Shown here piece by piece: positions 1 through 9,600 of a DNA stretch of 64,000 nucleotides. The notes under the pieces are model-generated. The model did not search any database, was not told where the DNA came from, and was given only the letters and a program-made list of their open reading frames with translations. The stretch lies in NCBI GenBank assembly GCA_965240325.2, contig OZ251222.1, forward strand, positions 4,960,001 through 5,024,000. The letters run 5' to 3'. Position 1 is the first letter of the stretch. The number at the start of each line of letters is the position of its first letter. Made by a program: the position numbers and the translations under genes. This DNA comes from Rebecca billardiae RCC1528 (taxonomy: Eukaryota; Protista; Haptophyta).

Positions 1-43
1 CATCCGCCTGACAATGTACCAAATGTCATTGGGTGTACCGCCA

Positions 44-2678
44 CACAGTGCCGGAAAACTGCTCAGGGTGACGTTTTAAGTTGTCCGCACCACTAGTCGA
101 ATCATCGGACAATTCTGAAGCGGTGCGCCTAAATTCGGCGCACCATAGGCGCGTCGAATCGTGGCACAGACCTTGGTAGCAGGCCACACCTGAGCGCGCT
201 GCGCGCGCCGACGCGCGCTCGGCGCGGGCAAAAAATCATGCGCCGTTGGCATTACGCAGCCCCGCGCAGCGCTGTGCTCGAGCTCGGCGGCGGCGAAAGC
301 GGGCGGGCGCACACGGCGGTGCCCGTGCGCGCTGCTCCGAGCGCAGCTGCGGCCACCCCGGCGGCATAACGCCGGTCGAGGGCACGAAAACCGATTTTTC
401 GGGAAAATGCAGAGCAGCGGCGCCCGAGCGCGCCCGAGCTCGTCGCAGCACAGTCTCCTGGTGGCTGCGCCCCGTGAAGCCACGCCACGCGGGGCGCTGG
501 CGTGCGCGTGGCCTGCGCCCACCGTGCGCTGCCCGATCATGGCCGTCGACCGCTCCGAGCGCCTCACCACGCGTGCTCGAGCCCACCGATACTGACGCCC
601 GAGCACGGTGCCGGCAGCGCTCGCAGGTGGGCGTCGGAGAAAACACGCCGGCCGAACGAGCTTGAAGCGTCCGCCGCGATGCCAACGGCAGCGGACGACG
701 TGCGCGCCACCTCGGCGCCAGTCGCCCAGCCCTTGCGCGGCGGTGCGGGCTCGCTCGTTCGCCGCCATCAGCTGCGCGCGCGCAGCCCGATCACTGCCCG
801 CTGGTTCTGTTGTCGAGCAGCTGCGGCCTGCCACGCGCACTGCCGGACATTGAGCCACAGCGCGAGCACGCGCCTCGTCTGGCACGCGCGAGCACTCAGC
901 ATCGTGCGTGGCCACCATGACGCGCCCATCTGCGCCAGCAGCGATGAGCACGCCGCCGTTCAGCTCGCATCGGGCTCGCTCGCGACGCAGCAACGCGCGG
1001 CCGTAGCGGCAGCAGCGGCGCCGTCGAGCACGCGCAGCAAACAAATATGCAGCGCGGGCGAGTCGACGGTCTGGAAAATGCGCGATCACGCCACAGCAGG
1101 CTGGCAGAGCCCGCCCGAGCTGCAGCATGCCGTAGGTGCTGCCCCAAGCTCTCGACTGCCCGTAAGCGGCGGCATGTGCGGCGGCGCCGGCGGCGGCCAT
1201 GCTGCCACGCCGTTGCGCGCCGCGGGGCGCCGTCGGCACCTCTGTGGTGAAGCGCACAGAGCTCGAGCCCACGGGGGCTGGCGACCGTCAAACCGACACC
1301 CCATGACGCGGGGCTGCGTGCGCCAGCTGCGCGCACTCCGTGGGCCCACCTAGCCCGCTCGAGCAGCTCGCCTTGGGTGCGCGCAGCGGCTCGAGCACAC
1401 TGGTATGGGACGCCTGCCTGCGGTGCCGCCGAGCACATGCGGCCGACGGTCACTCAGCACGGGCGACTCGACGGCGGCGAGCAGGCGCGACGGCCTCGCC
1501 GCGCCGCGGAAAAGCCTGCCCGGGCTGCAGCACGCCGTAGGAGCAGCCCAGCGCCCTCCTCCGCCCTCCAGCTTCGGCGCGCGCAGCAGGCCCGGCGGCG
1601 GCCATGCTGGCGTGCCCAAGCATGAAGATGGGCGCGGCCGGCCGCGCCGTCGCAAAGCGCGCAGAACTCGAGCTCGGGGGGGCGGACGGCCGCCAAACTG
1701 GCGCGGCAGGACGTGGCACTGCGTGCGCCAGCTACGCGCACCCGCTGCGCCCGCGTGGCCCGTGCGAGCGCCGCGCCTCGAGCACACGCAGCTGCTCGAC
1801 ACAGCCACGGCAGTGTGGCTTGTGCGCGTGCACGTGATCAGTCTCAGCTCTGAGGCGCGCGCTCAGGAGGGCTGCGGCCGGGCCGAGCGCGATCTGCGCG
1901 GACGGTACAGCCTGGCGGCTCATGCCAGCCAGCCCAAAGCCCGCTCCGCCATCCGCGTCATGGCGCTCCAGCCTCTCGCGTGCTGCGCTGCAGCCGCGCT
2001 CGGCAAACGGACGTCGCCCAGCCCGCCTTGCACGCGGCTGAGCAGTGGCAGCCAGGCGAAGCGTCGTCGCGGGCGAGGCTGCGCTGGGTGATGCGGCTCG
2101 GGTCGGTGGGCAAGTCGCACCCCGCCGTCGGTCGCCTCCACGCCTCAGGCTCGCTCGAGGTCAAAGACAACTGCGCGGCGCGGCGTTTGCGCGGGCGGGC
2201 CGCGGGCGTGGCGGGGTGTACGCGTGCAATGTCACAGCCTCCCACACAATTTCAGGAGGGTGAGACGCACCGCCAGCGGCACCCGCACACAATCCCACCC
2301 TGCGCGAGCCACCTGCCGTGTCGACTGAAGCATCAGGCTCGGGCGCAACCGCGGGCGGTGCATGCAAGAAGCTCGCGAAACGCACCGCGCGCGCCGTGAG
2401 GGCGAAAGGAGAGCACCCGTCAGGGTGGCGAGGAACTTGCCCAGCGCCACGCGGAAGACGACCCCAGCCCGCGTCGACGCATAGTCGGGCCCGCGAGCAG
2501 CCTCGTCGGTCTTCGCCGAGTAGATCGCGCCGCGAGCCGAGGCACCGCTCGTTTGAGGCTCCGTCCGCCGCGAAGTCGCGGCTTCCACCCGAGTTCCACT
2601 GTCCGGCCGAGACCGGATTCGCTGACTCGAGCTGCGGACCGTCCGAAGCGTCACGGAAAATTCCAATCCTGCACTGTG
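44..2678. mobile_element. Non-autonomous DNA transposon, copy 1 (CACAGTG termini, 2-bp TSD CA)
   Basis: Starts CACAGTGCCGGA (44) and ends TCCTGCACTGTG (2678). Flanked by CA (42-43) and CA (2679-2680). A full-length inverted second copy lies at 3787-6420. Confidence 0.85.
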
Positions 2679-3786
2679 CATGTACACTTTGGTACATAAA
2701 TGGTACACTTTGGTACATTTCATGAGTGTACCAACGTGTACCAACCATGTACCAGTTTGCACACAAAAGTGTACCAAGTGTACCAACTCCTCCCTGATAA
2801 TGTACCAACTGCTCCCCAAAGTGTACCAACTTGTCCCAGGGTGTACCAAAAAATGTACCAACTCGTCCTGAAAATGTACCAATAAGTGTACCAAATTTCC
2901 GCGGAATGTACCAACTTGGTCCAGGGTGTACCAACAGTGTACCAACTCGTCCTGAAAATGTACCAAGTGTACCAAATTTCCGCTGAATGTACCAACTCGG
3001 CCCAGCAGGGTGTACCACAAGTGTACCAACTCCGGCACGAGTGTACCATCTGGCATCTACTGAACCAGCCGTCCGGGAAGGTCAAGGTGCGCCCGTCCAT
3101 CCATCCATGGCTCTGATGCTCGTCGTGGGGGCGCTCGTCTTCGACCGCCACGAACATCGCTGCGGCGAGTGGTTGCTGATCCCCTTCCACACGATGACGC
3201 ACGCTCTGCTCGCGTTTTCTTCCGCCCGCCCGCTAGCTGTGGCACCGCTACCGCCACGCAGCGTTGCAGCTCTGCTGCCAATTACAAGCGCCGTCTCGAT
3301 GGGTACGCGCCTGATGGTGCTGCTTACGCTGGCTACGCCGAGTGCGCGTCGTGGCTGCTAGAACACGCGCGCTGGGAGGCCCATCGTCATTTGCGGATCA
3401 TCGTGGACAAACTGTGTGAGGATGTACCAGGGGCAGGGATTCTGGGTGTACCAGGTACACCCAGGAAAGTGTACCAGCCGTCTGAATCGCCGACGATGGT
3501 ACACTATATTGGTACATTCATGAAAAGTTGGTACATTGATGGTACATTGGGGGACGGTTGGTACACATGGTATGGTACATTTGGTACATCGTTATTGGGA
3601 CACATTGGTACATTCTTCGGACGAGTTGGTACATTTGGGAGGAGTTGGTACATCAGGTAATGTACCGGCCAACATGTGCTATGTGGATGTACCAAAGTGT
3701 ACCATGGTACACCCACTGACATTTGGTACATATTGTCAGGATGCGTTGGTACACTTTGGTACACTATTGGTACACCATTGGTACAC
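2679..3786. repeat. Degenerate TGTACCA/TGGTACA motif array (host of the insertions; continues at 1-43, 6421-6454 and 12693-12755)
   Basis: Roughly 55-60 GTAC-cored motifs by hand count across all segments. They are mostly TGTACCA in 2726-3050 and mostly TGGTACA in 3495-3786, with a unique core at about 3050-3420. A higher-order repeat of about 85 bp lies in 2840-3015. Confidence 0.9.
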
Positions 3787-6420
3787 CACAGTGCCGGATT
3801 GGAATTTTCCGTGACGCTTCGGACGGTCCGCTACTCCGTCAGCGAATCCCGTCTCGGCCGGACAGTGGAAGCTCGCCGCGGAAGCGGGCGACTTTGGCGG
3901 ACGGAGGGACAAACGAGCGGGCTGCCTCGCTCGCGGCGCGACCTACTCCGCGAAGACCGACGAGGCTGCTCGCGGACCCGACTATGCGTCGACGCGGGCT
4001 GGGGTCGTCTTCCGCGTGGCGCTGGGCAAGTTCCTCGCCGCCCTGACGGGTGCTCTCCTTTCGCCCTCACGGCGCGCGCGGTGCGAGCGCGCCGCCGCCC
4101 GCATGCGCCGCGCGCGTTTGCGCCCGAGCCTGATGCCTCAGCAGACGTGGCGGGTGGCTCGCGCGGGGTGGGATTGGGCGCTGTTGCCGCTGGCGGTGCG
4201 TCTCACCCTCCTGAATTGCCATGGGAGGCTGTGAATTGCCAAGTGTACACCCCGCCACGCCCGCGGCGCGCTCGCGAACGCTCCGCGCCGCGCAGTTATC
4301 TTCGACCTCGAGCGAGCCTGGCGCGTGGAGGCGACCGACGGCGGGGTGCGACTTGCCCACCGACCCGAGCCGCATCACCCAGCGCAGCCTCGCCCGCGAC
4401 GACGCTTCGCCTGGCTGCCACTGCTCAGCCGCGTGCAAGGCGGGCTGGGCGACGTCTTTGCCGAGCGCGGCTGCAGCGCAGCACGCGAGAGGCTGGAGCG
4501 CCATGACGCGGATGGCGGAGCGGGCTTTGGGCTGGCTGGCATGAGCCGCCAGGCTGTACCGTCCGCGCAGATCGCGCTCGGCCCGGCCGCAGCCCTCCTG
4601 AGCGCGCGCCTCAGAGCTGAGACTGATCACGTGCACGCGCACAAGCCACACTGCCGTGGCTGTGTCGAGCAGCTGCGTGTGCTCGAGGCGCGGCGCTCGC
4701 ACGGGCCACGCGGGCGCAGCGGGTGCGCGCAGCTGGCGCACGCATTGCCACGTCCTGCCGCGCCAGTTTGGCGGCCGTCCGCCCCCCCGAGCTCGAGTTC
4801 TGCGCGCTTTGCGACGGCGCGGCCGGCCGCGCCCGTCTTCATGCTTGGGCACGCCAGCATGGCCGCCGCCGGGCCTGCTGCGCGCGCCGAAGCTGGAGGG
4901 CGGAGGAGGGCGCTGGGCTGCTCCTACGGCGTGCTGCAGCCCGGGCAGGCTTTTCCGCGGCGCGGCGAGGCCGTCGCGCCTGCTCGCCGCCGTCGAGTCG
5001 CCCGTGCTGAGTGACCGTCGGCCGCATGTGCTCGGCGGCACCGCAGGCAGGCGTCCCATACCAGTGTGCTCGAGCCGCTGCGCGCACCCAAGGCGAGCTG
5101 CTCGAGCGGGCTAGGTGGGCCCACGGAGTGCGCGCAGCTGGCGCACGCAGCCCCGCGTCATGGGGTGTCGGTTTGACGGTCGCCAGCCCCCGTGGGCTCG
5201 AGCGCTGTGCGCTTCACCGCGGAGGTGCCGGCGGCGCCCCGCGGCGCGCAACGGCGGGGCAGCATGGCCGCCGCCGGCGCCGCCGCACATGCAGCCGCTT
5301 ACGGGCAGTCGAGAGCTTGGGGCAGCACCTACGGCATGCTGCAGCTCGGGCGGGCTCTGCCAGCCTGCTGTGGCGTGATCGCGCGTTTTCCAGACCGTCG
5401 ACTCGCCCGCGCTGCATATTTGTTTGCCGCGCGTGCTCGACGGCGCTGCTGCTGCCGCTACGCCCGCGCGTTGCTGCGTCGCGAGCGAGCCCGATGCGAG
5501 CTGAACGGCGGCGTGCTAATCGCTGCTGGCGCAGATGGGCGCGTCATGGTGGCCACGCACGATGCTGAGTGCTCGCGCGTGCCAGACGAGGCGCGTGCTC
5601 GCGCTGTGGCTCAATGTCCGGCAGTGCGCGTGGCAGGCCGCAGCTGCTCGACAACAGAACCAGCGGGCAGTGATCGGGCTGCGCGCGCGCAGCTGATGGC
5701 GGCGAACGAGCGAGCCCGCACCGCCGCGCAAGGGCTGGGCGACTGGCGCCGAGGTGGCGCGCACGTCGTCCGCTGCCGTTGGCATCGCGGCGGACGCTTC
5801 AAGCTCGTTCGGCCGGCGTGTTTTCTCCGACGCCCACCTGCGAGCGCTGCCGGCACCGTGCTCGGGCGTCAGTATCGGCGGGCTCGAGCACGCGTGGTGA
5901 GGCGCTCGGAGCGGTTGACGGCCATGGTCGGGCAGCGCACGGTGGGCGCAGGCCACGCGCACGCCAGCGCCCCGCGTGGCGTGGCTTCACGGGGCGCAGC
6001 CACCAGGAGACTGTGCTGCGACGAGCTCGGGCGCGCTCGGGCGCTGCTGCTCTGCATTTTCCCGAAAAATCGGTTTTCGTGCCCTCGACCGGCGGCATGC
6101 CGCCGTGGTGGCCGCAGCTGCGCTCGGAGCAGCGCGCAAGGGCACCGCCGTGTGCGCCCGCCCGCTTTCGCCGCCGCCGAGCTCGAGCACAGCGCTGCGC
6201 GGGGCTGCGTAATGCCAACGGCGCATGATTTTTTGCCCGCGCCGAGCGCGCGTCGGCGCGCGCAGCGCGCTCAGGCGTGGCCTGCTACCAAGGTCTGTGC
6301 CACGATTCGACGCGCCTATGGTGCGCCGAATTTAGGCGCACCGCTTCAGAATTGTCCGATGATTCGACTAGTGGTGCGGACAACTTAAAACGTCACCCTG
6401 AGCCGTTTTCCGGCACTGTG
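3787..6420. mobile_element. Non-autonomous DNA transposon, copy 2, inverted relative to copy 1 (2-bp TSD AC)
   Basis: Starts CACAGTGCCGGATTGG (3787) and ends TTTTCCGGCACTGTG (6420). Flanked by AC (3785-3786) and AC (6421-6422). Removing it restores TTGGTACACTATTGGTACAC, which matches the neighbouring repeat unit. Confidence 0.88.
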
Positions 6421-6614
6421 ACTATTGGTACACTTGGTACATCTCTAACATGTACACAGCAACGACTTCTCTTTTTAAAGCGGCCGTTAGCGTGTCCATC
6501 GGCCGGATTATTTTACGGAAAATTACTATGCGCTGCGCGCGCGCGCCCAGCGGGCGGCGCGCGCGCGCGACTAGTCCCCCCTGCATGCCCTAACCGTCAG
6601 CTGCCTGATTCCCG

Positions 6615-9600
6615 CTACCCAGCCCCGCTGCCGTCGCGCGCGACATCCGCGCCGTCGCTCACCGTCGCCGAGGCCGAGCGCGCCGCCGCCCTCAATTTGC
6701 TCTTGAGTGCCGACAAGTCCTCCTCCGGAAGCCCAGCCTCCTCGCGCACGAGCTTGCGCGCCGCGATGTACTCGTCGACCAGGTCGTGCGCGCCGGCCTT
6801 CGCCTTGCGCTGCCATTCGCGCTGCCGCTTGCCCTCCTTCTTCAGCCAGAGCCGCCGCACCTTGTCGCCGAACTCCTCCTCCGCCCACGTCGCAAGCGAC
6901 ACGCGGCGCAGGAGCTGCGCGGCCGTCGAGATGTGCGGCTGCACCGTCGACTTCTTCCCCTCGGCATACTCGCGGACGAACGAGTCGAGCGACTTGCGCG
7001 CGTTCACGAGCGGCATCGCCCGCTTGGTCACCTGCACGAAGTGCTCCTGCACCTGCTCGTCCGCGAGCTGCACGAGGTGGCCCCACCGCCTGATCAGCAG
7101 AGGCAAGACGAACCGCGCGATCGTCTTGTACTGCGAGGTGACCGGCTTGAGGACGAACAGGTCGAGCGCCTCGACCCACGCCGTCGCGGCTGCCTCAACC
7201 TCGTCCGCACGCTTCGCGCGGCCATCGTCATCGTCCGTGTAGCCGCGCGAGGAGACGAGGTCGTGCAGCTGCCACGTGAGCATGAGCAGGCGGCAGAAGA
7301 GTGCCATGCGCGGCATGTCCGCGATCTCGGCCTTCAACTGCGCCTCGTCGTCAAAGCCGATCTCGTCCATCATCTCGCGCTCCTCCTCGTCCTGCATGTC
7401 CGAGATGCGCGCGTCCTCGTCGCCGCTGTCCGCCGCGCCCGCGCTGCTCGCGCCGTCGAGATCCGCGTCGATCTTCCACACGACCTGCACCAACGCCCAG
7501 AAGACCGCGTGCGTGCGCAGCAGCGAGATGCCGTCGCCGCGGAGGTCGGGCACGCCGATCTCGTTGGTGCGCGTGCGCCGCTTGGGCACTCGCACAGGCA
7601 CGCCCGCGTTCTTGAACAGGACGATCAGGTCGTACTTGGTGAGCGGCGCGTCGCGGCCGTACAGCTCGTCCACCTCCCTCCACAGCGCCGACAGCACCGG
7701 CTTGAAAGTGTCGTGCTTGAAGTGCATGATGCCGGGGAAGTAGTTGACGTGCTCGAGCTCCAGCTGCGGTAGCAGCCACTGGTTCTCGTGCAGCTTCTGG
7801 TCGACGATGCGCTCGGCGTCCTTCGAGTCGTCGGCGAGAAGGCGGCGGCGCTTGGTCATCTCGGCGTCGCACTCGCCCTGGTCGGCAGGCGTGACCTTGC
7901 ACGCAGGGCACGTCACGCCCGGGTCCGCGTGGCACAGCGCGCGCGCGCGCTTGTACGTGCGCAGCCGCCACTGAGGCGAGCCGCCGTCCGCGCCCGCCTC
8001 CTTGACCGCCCACACGTTGAAGCGGAGCGGCGAGACGTTGTGCGAGCCCTGGCCGGCGAGGCTGGCAAGGTTGACATAATCGCCGGTGTACGTGATGATG
8101 GCCTTCTGCTCCTCCGCGTAGTCGGCCGCCTCGCCGCCGCCGCCAAAACCGCCGCCGGCCGCGCCGCCCGCCGCGCCGGCAGCGCCGGCCGCGCCGGCCG
8201 CGCCGGCCGCGCCGCCGGCCGCGGCGGCCGCGGCGGCCGCGGCGGCCGCGCCGCCGGCCGTGCCCGCGCTCGGGTTGCCAGCCGCGCTGCTCGCCGCGCC
8301 GCCGGCCGCGCCACCGGCCGCGCGGACGCCAGCGCCGGCGGTGCCGCCAGCCACGCCGCTGCCGCTGCCGCTGCCGCCCGCGCCGCCCGCGCCGCCCGCG
8401 CCGCCGCCAGCGCCCGCGCCCGCGTTACCAGCCGCGCCGCCGGCAGCGCCGCCGGCCGCGCGGACGCCAGCGCCGGCGGTGCCGCCAGCCACGCCGCTGC
8501 CGCTGCCGCCCGCGCCGCCCGCGCCGCCCGTGCCGCCGGCCGTGCCGCCGGCCGTGCCGCCGGCCGCGCCGCCGGCCGCGCCGCGGGCCTCGCCGCGGCC
8601 CGCGCCGCCGGCCGCGCCGGCTGTGACGGCCGCGGCCGCGCCGCCGGCCGCGCCGGCCACACGTGCGGTGGCGGCAGCAGGCGGCGTCGGTCGCGGCGGA
8701 AGCAGGCCGCTCCGGATCACGTCATTGATCGCGTCGGCGTGCGCACTCCATAACTCGGACATGTCCGAGTCCGGCCGCTCCGAGATGGCGATCGCCTCTG
8801 ACGACGCGAGCGCGCCGTAGTTGACGCCCCAGCCGTTGCGCACGATGGCGATCGTGGCCGTGCGCGAGTGAGCCGTGTTGCCCGCGTCCGCCGAGAGGAG
8901 GAGGACGTGCGGCTGCCCGCGCGGGCGCGCGGACTTGCCGTTGCGCTCCGAGCGATCCAGCACGGCGTGCACGGCCTGCGCCCACGGCCGCGCCGCCGAC
9001 TCGCTGCCGATCATGAGCACGCCCGCGCCCGCGTGCTCGCGATCGCGCTGCGCGACCTCTCGAGAGCCAGCCGCCGGCGGCGGGATCGGGTGGCGGATCG
9101 GCTCGCGGCCGAAGCCGCCGCGGAAGACGGTGCGAGCCGAGTGCTCGCCCGTCACCGGGTGGATCTCCTTCCCCACCCACTCGCGCCACGTGTCGAACTG
9201 CGCGTCCGTGACGTTCTTCGAGACGAGGTAGCCGGCGACGTCGTGGTGCGTCTGATGAGATTGAATCTCGCGCACAACGCCCACTGCGCCGCGGCGCTGC
9301 TGGAGGTAGGCGTGCCTCGCCCACGGCTTGCGCGAGCCGTCGTCTGCGCCCTCGAGCATCTCGTGCAGCACGAGGTCCATCACGTCGTCGGGCGTGCCAC
9401 GCAGGATGTGCTCGATATGGTCCGCCTCCCCCCGCCTGCGCTTGCGGCACGCGTTGCTCGAGACCGAGAGAGATGGGCGCTGAGCGCGCTGCCGATGAGC
9501 GCCGTCCAGCCCGTTCAGCTCGGCGAGGTGCTCGAACTTGCCGGCGGCTCGGTCGGCGCGCTTGCGCGCGGCGTCCTTGTCGCGCTTGAGCTCGACAAGC

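Noticed and set aside
2679-3786. CRISPR-like array
   Set aside because: The repeats are 7-9 bp, irregularly spaced and in both orientations. There are no constant repeats with unique spacers, no cas genes, and the context is eukaryotic.
76-6388. 398-aa ORFs (76-1272 and 5192-6388) and other frames in the inverted copies as real genes
   Set aside because: Arg/Ala-rich, non-ATG starts and no domain motifs. Such frames are expected by chance at this GC content.
44-6420. Assembly artefact or single fold-back element explaining the large inverted repeat
   Set aside because: Each arm has its own pair of termini and its own TSD (CA versus AC), and the arms differ in sequence.
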